64,000 nt of DNA from an uncultured Chloroflexia bacterium (GTDB lineage Bacteria; Chloroflexota; Limnocylindria; Limnocylindrales; CSP1-4): NCBI GenBank assembly GCA_963763075.1, contig CAVXNF010000006.1, positions 1,278-65,277 of the forward strand, in the 5' to 3' direction. Shown here in pieces: positions 40,971 to 52,363 of this stretch; the stretch's first letter is position 1, and each line of letters begins with the position of its first letter. The translations under genes and the position numbers were made by a program. Under the pieces are notes generated by a model. It saw nothing but the letters and a program-made list of their open reading frames with translations. It made no database searches and was not told where the DNA came from.

Positions 40971-42639
40971 ATGCCTGATCCCAACGTGCCGCTCCGCATC
41001 ATCCCGCTCGGCGGGGTGGGGGAGATCGGCAAGAACATGTACGTGTTCGAGTACGGCGACGACATCGTCGTCATCGACTGCGGCCTGATGTTCCCCGACG
41101 AGGAGATGTTCGGCATCGACCTCGTCGTCCCCGACGTGACGTTCCTCAAGGAGAACCGCCACAAGGTCCGGGCGTTCCTCATCACCCACGCCCACGAGGA
41201 CCACGTCGGCGGCCTGCCCTACGTCCTGCCCGAGTTCCCGGGCGTCCCCGTGTACGCGAGCACGCTCGCGCGCGGCCTCCTGGGCAACAAGATCAAGGAG
41301 CACAAGCTCCACAACAACCCGCTGCTCGCGCTCGAGCCGGGCGACGAGCTGGCGGTCGGGCCGTTCACGGTCGTCCCGTTCCGGATCGGCCACTCGATCC
41401 CGGACGCGATGGGCATCGCCCTCCGGACCCCGGTCGGGACCGTCGTCCACACCGGCGACTTCAAGTTCGACCACACCCCGGTCGACGGCAAGCTGAGCGA
41501 CTTCCACATCCTGGCGCGGCTCGGCGAGGAGGGCGTGATCGCGCTCCTGTCGGACTCGACGCGCGCCGAGAACCCGGGCTACACGCCCTCGGAGCGGATC
41601 GTGGGCGAGGCGTTCCGCGAGATCATGGAGCCGCTCGACGGCCGGGTGATCGTCGCCACCTTCGCCTCGAACATCGCGCGCATCCAGCAGGTGCTCGACG
41701 CCGCCGCCGACATGGGCCGCAAGACCGCGGTCATCGGCCGCTCGATGGAGCAGAACTTCCGGATCGCCACGGACCTCGGCTACCTCAAGTACCTGCCCTC
41801 GAACATCGTGGGCAAGGACAAGATCAAGGACATCCCCGGGCGACAAGCTGGTCATCGCGACGACCGGCGCCCAGGGCGAGCCGATGGCCGGCCTCGCGCG
41901 GATGGCGAACAACGACCACCGGTTCGTCGAGATCCAGCCGGGCGACACCGTGATCGTGTCGGCGAGCCCGATCCCGGGCAACGAGGAGTACGTCGCCCGG
42001 ACCATCGACAACCTGTTCAAGGCCGGCGCGAACGTGTACTACCACACGATCAAGCGCGCGCACGTCTCGGGCCATGCGAGCCAGGAGGAGCTCAAGCTGA
42101 TGCTCGGGCTCACCAAGCCGCGCTACTTCATCCCGATGCACGGCGAGTTCCGGATGCTCGTGCAGCACGGGCGGCTCGCGATCGAGACCGGGGTCCAGGC
42201 CGAGAACGTGTTCATCATCGAGAACGGCACGCCGATCGAGATCTTCGCCGACGGCAGCGCCCGCCGCGGGATGCCGGTCCCGGCCGGCTACGTGTACGTC
42301 GACGGGCTGTCGGTGGGCGAGGTGGGCGACATCGTCCTGCGCGACCGGCGCGCCCTCGCGAACGACGGGATGTTCATGATCGTCGTCCAGGTCGACAAGC
42401 AGACGGGACGCGTCGTCGGGCGGCCCGAGATCATCACCCGCGGGTTCGTGCACGGCAACGAGGACGACCCGATGATCGAGGAGGCGGTCCGCCGCATCCG
42501 GCAGGCCCTCGACCAGCCGGGCGATCGGATCAGCGAGGTCGCGATGATCAAGAGCCAGATCAAGGACAGCGTGTCGCGCTTCCTGTACGAGCAGACGAAG
42601 CGGCGGCCGATGGTCTTCCCGGTCGTGGTCGAGGTCTGA
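40971..42639 (+). CDS. rnj: Ribonuclease J (frameshift near 41830)
   Basis: PLGGVGEIGKN, THAHEDHVG, HSIPD, HTGDFK, FASNIAR, HVSGH, PMHGE. Confidence 0.97.
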
Positions 42640-42641
42640 GC

Positions 42642-45104
42642 GTGGCCACGCGACGCTCGTCCCGCTCGCGCAGCCGGCACCGGCACGACCCGCCGGCGCT
42701 CGTCCGCGCGCAAGTCGCGTGGCGGGCTGACGCTCCCCAATGCTCTCGCTGGGGCTGTCGCCGATGGTCGTGCGGTCGCTGGTCGGGATCGTGCTGCTCG
42801 TGCTGGGCGCCGTGACGGCGATCGCGCTGCTGCTGCCGGGCCAGGGCGCGCTGACCGACGGCTGGCGCAACTTCTCCGTGCCCTACTTCGGGACCGGGCG
42901 CTGGCTCCTGCCGGCCGTGCTGCTGCTCTCCGGCTGGTACCTCGAGTGGGGGCCGGGCAAGGAGCCGGGCGCGCCGTGGGGCCGCACGCTGCTCGGGATC
43001 GCGATGGCGTACGCCGGCCTGCTCGGGGCGTTCCAGGTGCTCGTCGACCGCGGCGGCGGCCACATCGGCCGGTTCCTCGCGGACCTGCTCGAGCCGGCGC
43101 TGACGACGCCCGGCGCGTTCGTGATCCTCGTCGGCCTCGGCGTGGCCGGCCTGCTCATCGCGCTCGACCTGCCGCTGCGCTCGCTGCTGTCGCCCGCGAC
43201 GCGGAGCGCCAAGGCCGCGGCGTCGACGTTCCAGGACCGCACGACGAAGGCGTCCTGACGGCGATGCGGCTGCGGCCGCCCGGAACGGTGCAGCCGCTCA
43301 CGGCCGCCGCCAGCCGCGGTCCCGGTCGAGGCCGGGCGGCGCGGACGCGCGGCCCGTGGCGCCGTCACCGAGGTCCCGGGCCAGACCGGCGTCTGGGGCG
43401 ACGGCGCGGACCCCGGCATCCCGAGCGCCGTCCCGTCGACCGGCCCCACCTCGTCCACGTTCGCCCCCGTGCGGGTGCCCGGCGTCGCCGGCGCGGCGGG
43501 CGCGGGCGCCGCGGTCGCCGGCGTCGCGGGAGGCAGCTGGCAACGGCGCCGGCGAGTCGCCGCGCGACCCGCGACCCGTGGTCCCGGCGGGCCGCGGGCC
43601 GGAGGACGTGACCGACGCCTCGGACCTGCCGCCCACGATCGACATGATCGAGTGGTCGCTGCCCCCGCACGAGCTGCTCGACGCGGGCGCACCGCCGCTC
43701 GCCGGCCGACACCGCGAACGCGGACGTCGTCCACGCGCGGAACGAGGAGATCATCGTCAAGAAGCTGGGCAGCTTCGACATCGAGGCGCGGATCGTCGGC
43801 CGCAACGCCGGGCCGGTCGTGACCCAGTACGAGGTCCAGCCGGCGCCGCACATCAAGGTCAGCCGGATCGAGGGCCTCTCGGACGACCTCGCGATGGCGC
43901 TCGCGGCCCGCTCGATCCGGATCGAGGCGCCGATCCCGGGCAAGAGCGCGGTCGGGATCGAGATCCCGAACAAGGAGTTCAACGTCGTCGCCCTGCGGCG
44001 GATCCTCGAGGAGGTCGACTTCACGGCGTCCGGCACGCAGCTGACGTTCGCCCTCGGCCGGGACGTGGCCGGCCGGGCCCAGGCCGTCGACCTCGCCAAG
44101 ATGCCCCACCTGCTCATCGCCGGGCGCCACCGGCTCGGGCAAGAGCGTCATGGTCAACGCGCTGATCACGTCGCATCCTGTGCAACGCGACGCCGACCGA
44201 CGTGCGGATGATCCTGATGGACCTCAAGCGGGTCGAGCTCGCGGCGCTACAACGGCCTGCCGCCACCTCGCTCGTGCCGGTCATCACCGAGCCGGAGCGG
44301 GCCAAGGCCGCGCTCAAGTGGGCGGTGGGCGAGATGGAGAACCGCTACCGGCGGTTCGCCGGCGCCACGGCCCGCAACATCAAGGCGTTCAACGACTCGC
44401 GGGTCGACCCCGCCGACCGGCTGCCGTACATCGTCATCGTCATCGACGAGCTCGCCGACCTGATGATGCGCGAGGGCAAGAACGTCGAGGACCCGATCGT
44501 CCGCCTCGCCCAGAAGGCGCGCGCCACGGGGATCCACATGGTGCTCGCCACGCAGCGCCCGTCGGTCAACGTCGTCACCGGCCTGATCAAGGCCAACTTC
44601 CCGAGCCGGATCGCGTTCGCGATGGCGTCCCAGATCGACTCCCGCACGATCCTCGACCAGCCGGGCGCCGAGGACCTCATCGGGCGAGGCGACATGCTCT
44701 ACCAGCCGTCCGACCTGCCGCGGCCGATGCGCCTCCAGGGCGTGTTCGTGTCCGATCCCGAGATCGCGAAGGTCACCGAGCACTGGCGCGACCAGATCGA
44801 CGACCCGCGCTACGACATGTCGATCATCGAGAACGAGGAGGAGTCGACGGGCTCCGTCGACGACCTCGCCGACGAGGAGGCCGACCGGCTCCTGCCCGAT
44901 GCCGTCGCGGTCATCCGGGAGTACGATCGCGCCTCGGCGTCGCTCCTCCAGCGGCGCCTGAAGGTTGGCTACGCCCGGGCGGCGCGGATCATCGACCAGC
45001 TCGAGGCGCGGGGGTACATCGGCGCGTTCGACGGCTCGACCGCGCGGGTGGTCCTGCGCCGGGACGACGGTCCGGGCCCGGACGGGGACGGGGACGACGC
45101 ATGA
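42642..45104 (+). CDS. ftsK: FtsK/SpoIIIE DNA translocase (several frameshifts)
   Basis: N-terminal TM segments; RIEAPIPGKSAVGIEIPN, PHLLIAG..GSGKSV, IVIDELADLMM, ATQRPSV, SLLQRRLKVGYARAARIIDQLE. Confidence 0.96.
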
Positions 45105-46476
45105 CCGCGCGGAACGACGTGCGCCGGGGCCGGGTCGATGCCCGGGGGGAGCGCACGCCGATCGCGGGTTCGCGACTGACGGTCCGACGCTGCCGGAGCG
45201 CCTCGTCGAGGCGCGCGAGCAGAAGGGCGTCGACATCTACCGCGCGGAGCGGGACACGAAGATCCGCGTCCGCTACCTCCAGGCGCTCGAGGCCGGCGAC
45301 TACGGCGAGCTGCCGGGCGCGGTGTACACGAAGGGCTTCCTGCGCAACTACGCGCTGTACCTCGGGCTGGACCCGGACGAGGTCGTCCGCCAGTGGCGCC
45401 ACGAGGACGGCGACACGTTCGTGCAGCACGAGGCCGTGCTCGACGTGCCGCGCCCGCTCCAGGCGCCCCGCCAGGGCCTGACGTTCTCGCCCGTCATCGT
45501 CGTCGCCGCGCTGCTGACGGTCCTCATCGGCGTGTTCGCGGTGTACCTCGGCATCCAGCTCGTCCGGTTCGCCAAGCCGCCGACGCTCGCCGTGACCTCG
45601 CCCGTCACCGCGGTCGTCGAGGTGGGGGAGGACTCGACGCAGTTCACGCTCGCCGGCACGTCGACGCCCAAGGCGACGGTCACGATCCAGGAGGCCGCGC
45701 GCGAGCAGCCGTACCGCGTGTCGGCCGACGCCACGGGCCGCTGGACCGCCGACGTCGAGCTGCGCCGCGGCCGCAACGAGTTCACGATCAACGCGGTCGA
45801 CCCCGAGACGATGAAGCCGTCGGAGAACACCGAGAAGGTGTTCATCACCGTGCCGTTCCTCGTGCTCGAGGCGCCGACGCTCACGGTCGACTCGCCAGCG
45901 GATGGCGCGCAGTTCGAGAACGGCGCGATCCCGGTCAAGGGATCGACCACCAACGCGCCGACGGTCGCGGTGTCCGCCGTGTACACCGGCCCGGTCGAGG
46001 GCCAGCCGGCCTCCGTCGCCCCGGCGGGCGGCAAGGGCGCGAAGGTCGGGCCGAAGACGGTCAAGGTCGACGCCGACGGCTCGTTCGAGACGCCGCTCGG
46101 CCTGTCCACCGGGAAGTGGGCGCTCACCGTCACGGCGACGTCGCCCGAGGGCAAGTCCACGACCCTGACCCGCGACATCTCGATCCGCTACAAGGGCGTC
46201 ACGCTCGTCGTGGAGATCAAGAACGGCCGCGCCTGGATCAAGGTCTGGGTGGACGGCAAGGTCTCGAAGGTCACCGGCACGGCCGGCAAGGTCTTCAGCC
46301 CGGGCAAGGTCCTGACGTTCACGGCCAAGCGGGCGATCGAGGTCCGCACGGGCAAGTCGAGCGCCACGTACTTCACGCTCAACGGCAAGGACCTCGGCCG
46401 GATGTCGAACAAGGGCAACCCCGAGACGTGGCAGTTCGAGCAGCGCGGCGACCCGACCCGGACCGAACGCAGCTGA
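45101..46476 (+). CDS. rodZ: RodZ-like protein: HTH + TM + two Ig-like repeats + DUF4115-like end (5' frameshift)
   Basis: RDTKIRVRYLQALEAGDYGELPGAVYTKGFLRNYALYLGLD; TM; P.LAVTSP / PTLTVDSP repeats; AWIKVWVDG; downstream of ftsK. Confidence 0.85.
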
Positions 46477-46478
46477 CG

Positions 46479-46986
46479 GTGGGCGACCAGCTCGTCGAGC
46501 TCGCGGCGCGGCTCCAGGCACCGGTGCGTCGCGCTGGGGCTCACCGTCGCCACCGCCGAATCGTGCACCGGCGGGCTCGTCGCCCATGCCCTCACCGAGG
46601 TGCCCGGCTCGTCGGCGTACGTGCGGGGCGGGATCGTCGCCTATGCGAACGACGTCAAGGCGGCGCTGCTCGGCGTGCCACAGGCGGCCCTCGACGCGCA
46701 CGGGGCGGTCTCCGCGCAGGTCGCCGTCGCGATGGCCGAGGGCGCGCGCGAGCGCCTGCACGCCGACCTCGGCGTCGGCGTGACCGGCGTGGCCGGCCCG
46801 GACGGCGGGACCGACGAGAAGCCCGTGGGCCTCGTGTACGTCGCGGTCGCGGGCATCGGGGCGCCCGAGGTGCGCCGCTACCTGTGGCCCGGCGACCGGA
46901 GCGCCAACAAGCGCGACAGCGCCGTCGCCGCGATCGAGCTGCTGCTCGCGCGCGTCGAGGCCGCGCCGAGTGGCGGAGCGGCATGA
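46479..46986 (+). CDS. cinA: CinA C-terminal / NMN deamidase (PncC) family (5' frameshift)
   Basis: TAESCTGG, PGSSAYVRGGIVAY, HGAVS, GVTGVAGPDGGT.EKPVGLVY. Confidence 0.92.
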
Positions 46987-48605
46987 CGACCGGGATCCGC
47001 CTCGTGACGCCGATCCGCGGCGCGGCGGCGGTCGGGGCGGGGCTCGCGCCCGCACGCCCGCGCGCCCGATCGAGCCCGGCGAGCGGATCCACGTCGTCGG
47101 CGCGGCGGGCGCGGGCGCCTCGGCGGCCGCGCTGCTCGCCGCGTGGGCCGGGGCGGCCGTCGACGGCTGCGACCCGGGCGGCGCCAGCCAGTACACGCCG
47201 GCGCTCGCCGCCGCCGGGATCCAGGTCGCGGACCGCCACGACCCCGCGCACGTCCGGGACGCCGCGGGCGGACCCCCGGCGCGGCTCGCCGTCACCAAGG
47301 CGCTGACGGCCATCGATCCCGACAACCCGGAGCTGGTCGCCGCCCGCGCGGCGGGCATCCCGCTCGAGGCGTGGCAGCAGGTCGTCGCGGACGCGGCGGC
47401 GCGGCGGACGCTCGTCGCGGTGGCGGGGACGCACGGCAAGAGCACGACGTCCGGCTGGCTCGTCGGGGTGCTGGCGGCGGGCGGCGTCGACCCCGGGGCG
47501 TTCGTGGGGGCCCTGCTGCCGGCGTCCGTGACCGGGATCGGGGTCGCGGCGACCGCGCGGCGGGGCGACGGGCGCGCCGTTCGTCGTGGAGGCGGACGAG
47601 TACGCCGGCAACTTCGACCCGTACCGGCCCGCGGTCGCGGTCCTGACCTCGGCCGAGTGGGACCACCCCGACGTGTTCGCCGACCGCGAGGCGGTGCTCG
47701 CGGCGTTCGAGGCCTGGATCCGGCGGATGGCGGGCGTCGATGGCCCCGCCGGGCCCGGCTCGCCGCCGGTCCTCGTCGCGAACGTGGCTGACGACGGCGT
47801 CGCGGAGCTGGTCGCGCGCCTCACCGACTGGCCGGGACGGATCGTGGCGACGGCGCTCGTCGACGTCGAGCCGCAGCGCGCCGGCGACGTTCGCGCGCGG
47901 CATCGCCGACCGGTTCCAGCACGGCTGCCGGCCCGGCGACCGCGCTCCTGGGACGGATCACCGCCGCGGACCCCGACGCGACGACCGTCGACGTCCTGGG
48001 TCTCGACCCGCTCGCCGGGCCGGTCACCGCGCGCCTGCCCACGGCGGGCCGCCACAACGCCTCGAACGCGCTCGGCGTCGCGGGCGCGGCCGCGGCCGTG
48101 GGGCTCGGCGCCGGACGCGATCGTGGCGGGGCTGGCGTCGTTCGGCGGGGTGGGGCGGCGGCTCGAGCGCAAGGGCGAGGCGAAGGGCGTCGTCGTGTAC
48201 GACGACTACGGCCACCACCCGACCGCGATCCGCGAGACGCTGGCCGCGGTCCGCCAGCGCGAGCCCGGCCGCCGCGCCTGGGCGGTGTACGAGCCGCTGA
48301 CGTACCACCGCACGGCGGCGCTGCTCGACGCGTTCGCGGATGTGCTGGCCGGCGCCGACGCCGTGGCGATCGCCGACATCTGGGCGGGCCGCGACCCGGA
48401 CACGACGATCGCCTCCGCCACCGGGCTGGCCGAGGCCGTCGCGCGCCGCAACCCGCGCATCCCCGTGGCCGCGCCGGGCTCCGTGGAGGAGACGGCCCGC
48501 TGGCTGGCGGGCGAGGTCCGGACCGGCGATGTCGTCCTCGTCATGGGCGGCGGCCGCTCCTACCGGATCGGCGAGCTGCTGCTGGAGCACCTGGAGGCCG
48601 GATGA
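46983..48605 (+). CDS. murC: UDP-N-acetylmuramate-L-alanine ligase-like Mur ligase (frameshifted)
   Basis: IHVVGAAGAG, AGTHGKSTT, EADEY, GRHNASNA, FGGVGRR, DDYGHHPTAI, YEPLTYHRT. Confidence 0.88.
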
Positions 48606-49003
48606 CGCTCACCTATGCCGCCGCCCACGACCTGCTCGAGGCGTACCGCCATGCGCGGACGACCTACGACGGCGACGCGTTCATCGCGCTGTTCGCGGAC
48701 GAGGCGGAGCTGACCCTCGACCCGTTCGTCCCGCCATTGGCCGGGCACAACGCCCTGCGGGCATACTTGCTCGAGGCGGCCGAGGCCGAGCGGTACTACG
48801 ACCTGGCGATCGAGCGTCACTGGGTCTCGGGGGACACCGCGCTCGCCGCCTGGCATGCCAGCTGGAACCGCGCCGACGACGAGACGGCGAAGGTGCGGCA
48901 GGCAGGGTTCCTCTCCGCCGAGGTGGGGGAGGACGGGCGCATCGGGCGCCTGAAGCTGTGGGCAGTCACCCGCGAGCACCTCGCGGGTGGGGAAGGAGCG
49001 TGA
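48602..49003 (+). CDS. NTF2/SnoaL-like protein
   Basis: DAFIALFADEA..DPF....GHNALRAY, AAWH, GRIGRL.LW. Confidence 0.75.
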   Translation: MTLTYAAAHDLLEAYRHARTTYDGDAFIALFADEAELTLDPFVPPLAGHNALRAYLLEAAEAERYYDLAIERHWVSGDTALAAWHASWNRADDETAKVRQAGFLSAEVGEDGRIGRLKLWAVTREHLAGGEGA

Positions 49004-49004
49004 C

Positions 49005-49496
49005 GTGGCGGGCGACATCTCGTTCGACGTCGTCTCGGACTTCGATGAGCAGGAGCTGCGCAACGCGCTGGACCAGGTCCGGCGCGAGGTCCAGCAGCGC
49101 TACGACTTCAAGGGCGCGCAGGTCGACCTGACCCAGGAGAAGGACCAGATCGTCCTCGTGACCGACTCCGAGATGCGGGCCAAGGCGATCCGCGACCTCG
49201 TCGAGTCGAAGGCGGTCCGGCGCAACCTGTCGCTCAAGATCTTCGAGTGGGGCCCGATCGTTCCCGCCGGCGGCAACAAGGTCCGCCAGGAGATCGGCCT
49301 CAAGCGCGGCCTCCCGGACGACCTCGCCCGGAAGCTCGTGAAGCAGATCCGCGACGAGTTCCCCAAGGTCCAGCCGCGGATCCAGGGCGACGCGATCCGC
49401 GTCGCGAGCAAGAGCCGGGACGAGCTCCAGAAGGTCATCGCCATGCTCCGGGAGCTGGACGAGGCCGTCCCGCTCCAGTTCGAGAACTACCGGTAG
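49005..49496 (+). CDS. yajQ: YajQ family nucleotide/c-di-GMP-binding protein
   Basis: SFDVVS, RYDFKG, IQGDAIRVASKSRDELQ, PLQFENYR. Confidence 0.96.
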   Translation: MAGDISFDVVSDFDEQELRNALDQVRREVQQRYDFKGAQVDLTQEKDQIVLVTDSEMRAKAIRDLVESKAVRRNLSLKIFEWGPIVPAGGNKVRQEIGLKRGLPDDLARKLVKQIRDEFPKVQPRIQGDAIRVASKSRDELQKVIAMLRELDEAVPLQFENYR

Positions 49497-49503
49497 GCCC
49501 GCG

Positions 49504-49611
49504 ATGCCCGGATCGCGATTCGCCCGCATGCTCATGATCGTCGTCGCGATCGTGGTGATCCTCGGCATGCTCGCGAGCACGGCCGCCGTCCCCGCAGCCG
49601 TCGGCCAGTAG
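49504..49611 (+). CDS. 35-aa membrane peptide (absent from the ORF track)
   Basis: MPGSRFARMLMIVVAIVVILGMLASTAAVPAAVGQ*; starts 7 nt after the yajQ stop. Confidence 0.55.
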   Translation: MPGSRFARMLMIVVAIVVILGMLASTAAVPAAVGQ

Positions 49612-49688
49612 GCGCCCCGCTCCCGCATTCAATCCGCACGACCCGGCAGCGGACGGACCGCCGTCCCCGCCGGCAGCAGGAGGCACCG

Positions 49689-51591
49689 ATGCAGCCCCAC
49701 CTCGACGACGAGCTCGAGCCGGCGCCCGCCCCGGCCGCCCACCGACGACGCACCCGTGGCCCCGGCCGACGCCCGCGGAGCCGAACCGGCCGAGGACCCC
49801 GACCTCGAGCATGCGCCCGCCGCCGAGGGGCCGCACGACGAGCGCCGGCGCGGATCCCGATGGCGACCACCAGCGCGAGCACGAGCCCGAGGCCGCCCAC
49901 GCGCCCGAGCCCGCCGCCCCGACGACCGTCGCGGAGCTGATCGCCGCGACCCTCCGCGCCGCCGGCGTGCGCCTCGCGTTCACCGTCCCCGGCGAGAGCT
50001 TCCTGCCGGTGCTCGACGCGCTCCAGGCCGCGGGGATCCGCCTCGTCGCGACCCGCCACGAGGGTGCCGCCGCGTTCGCCGCCGAGGCGTACGGCCAGCT
50101 GACCGGCCGGCCCGCCGCGTGCCTCGGGACGCGCGCCGTCGGCGCGTCGAACCTCGCCATCGGGATCCACACCGCGACCGCCGACTCGACGCCGATGTTC
50201 GTGCTCGTCGGCCAGGTCGACCGCGGCCTCCGCGGCCGCGAGGCGTTCCAGGAGGTCGACCTCGTCGAGACGATCGGCCGGCTCGCGAAGTGGGCGGGCG
50301 AGATCGACGACCCGGCCACCGCCGCCGACACGCTCGAGGCCGCGGTCCGGGCGACGGTCGAGGGCCGGCCCGGGCCCGCGCTGCTCAGCATCCCGGAGGA
50401 CGTCCTCGACCTGCCGCTGCCCGAGGACACGCGGGTCCCGGTCGTCCGCTCGCACCCCGAGGTCCCGAACGCGGCGGACCTCCGGGCGGTGCTCCACTTC
50501 CTGGCCGCGGCGGAGCGCCCGGTCATCCTCGCCGGGGCCGGCGTGCTCCGGGCCCGCTGCTCGAACGACCTCGTCCGCTTCGCCGAGCTGCTCCACGTCC
50601 CGGTCATCGCCTCGTGGCGCCGCGGCGACGTGATCCCCAACGACCATCCGCTGTACCTCGGGATGGCCGGCTACGGGGCGCCTGCCACGGTCCGCGAGCG
50701 GCTCGCCGCCGCGGATGCCCTGCTCGTCATCGGCAGCCGCCTCAGCGAGCCGACGACCTTCGAGTACCGCCTGCCGGCGATGGGCCAGCGCTGGATGCAC
50801 GTCGACCTCGAGCCGCGCGCTGGCGTGGTCGGGTTCGCCGAGCCGCCGGTCCGCGACGATTCGCGCCGATGCCCGCGCGTTCCTGCGCGCGGCCAACGCG
50901 CGCCTCAAGGAGGCGGTCCTCGTCGCCGAGCCGGTCGCCGCGCGTGACGCGGCACAACACCGCGGACAAGGCCGCCTGGGAGGCCGCCGCGACCGTCGAC
51001 GCGGGGACGTGGGACGGGCCCGGCGTCCATCCCGGCCGGATCATCGCGGAGCTGCGCCGCCTGCTGCCGGACGACGCGATCCTCACCACCGACGCGGGCG
51101 CGTTCGGCGGCTGGGCGGCACGCGGCTTCCGGTTCCGGCGGCCCGGGACGTTCCTCGGGCCGACGTCAGGCGCGATGGGCTACGGCTACCCGGCCGCGCT
51201 CGCCGCGGCCCTCGTCCACCGCGAGCGGCGGGTCGTGGCGCTCATCGGCGACGGCGGCATGGGCATGACGCTCGCCGAGGTCGAGACGGCGGTGCGCGAG
51301 AACGCCCACGTCGTCGCGATCGTGTTCGACAACGAGCGCTACGGGATGATCCGCGACTACCAGGAGCTGGCCGGCAGCGAGGCCGCGCCGGCGACCGACC
51401 TCGGCCCGCTCGACTTCGCGGCCGCGGCCCGGGCGTGCGGCGCGCGCGGCGTGCGGGTCGACACGGACGCCGCGTTCGAGGGGGCGCTGCGGACCGCGCT
51501 CGCCGCCTCGGGGCCGACGGTCATCCAGCTGGCGCTCGACCGGCGCTGGCGCCACGTCGACCGCCCGGCGACCGCGGACGCCGGCGCGTGA
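49689..51591 (+). CDS. Thiamine pyrophosphate-dependent enzyme, acetolactate synthase-like (frameshifted)
   Basis: AGGAGG SD; FTVPGESFL, TRHEGAAAF, QEVD, GAMGYGYPAA, GDGGMGM...DNERYGMIR. Confidence 0.9.
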
Positions 51592-51930
51592 CCCGTCCGA
51601 CGCTCCACCTCGTGCCCGAGGCGCGCTGGGACGCGTGGGACCCGGCGGCGCCCTACCTGCCCGCCGCGTACGAGGCGGACGGGTTCGTCCACTGCACGGA
51701 CGGCGACGAGGAGATGCTCAAGACGGCGAACCGCTTCTACCGGGCGGATCCGCAGCCGTTCCTGCTGCTCACCGTGGATCTCGACGCCACCGGCAGCCCG
51801 TGGCGGTTCGACGACCCGGGGTCGCCGTATCCCGCACATCTACGGGCCGATCTCGCCCGCCGCGATCACCGAGGTCCGCCGGTTCGTCCGCGACCCGGAC
51901 GGGACGTTCACCGCCATCGAGCCGCGCTGA
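51588..51930 (+). CDS. DUF952 domain protein (frameshift near 51830)
   Basis: YLPAAYEADGFVHCT..ANRFY, YPHIYGPI. Confidence 0.85.
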
Positions 51931-52204
51931 CCGACGCCGCGCCGCGGCGCTCGCGCGCAGCTTGCAACGCCAGGCCGCGTCCGGCGTCTTCTCCGTGTGG
52001 ATGCGAGTCACGACGTGGGCGCGAGGACGGGCCCGATCCGCCCTTCCGGGGCGCGGGCTCGGTCGCCTCGCGTGCCTGCTTGTCGAGGATCTGCTTGAAC
52101 ACCTTGCCCATGCCCGGCCGCATCAGGTCGCGCCGTTCGGCGTCGGCATCGCGGTCGCGGCGGCGGGCGCGGGCGTCCTCGCGCGGATCCAGCTCCTCGT
52201 CCAT
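51908..52204 (-). CDS. Small charged hypothetical protein (3' end uncertain)
   Basis: MDEELDPREDARARRRDRDADAERRDLMRPGMGKVFKQILDKQARE; family not recognised. Confidence 0.45.
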   Translation of the reverse strand: MDEELDPREDARARRRDRDADAERRDLMRPGMGKVFKQILDKQAREATEPAPRKGGSGPSSRPRRDSHPHGEDAGRGLALQAARERRGAASVSAARWR

Positions 52205-52363
52205 CCCACGATGCTCGCGCGCGATACCCGGTACCGTCAACCGTCACGACCCATCCGTTTGGGGGGTGCCAGCGCGCACCACTTCGGGGCACGATCGAGG
52301 AAACGGCCGATGCCGGGCCGTCAGCCGTCGCGCGTGCGACGGCTCTCGGAGGGAGGCAACAGC

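Noticed and set aside
37966-41088. 1040-aa ORF that looks like a LysR-Asd-UDG fusion
   Set aside because: An internal promoter precedes asd, the asd C-terminus lies in another frame with its own stop, and UDG has its own ATG overlapping that stop. Indels join the frames.
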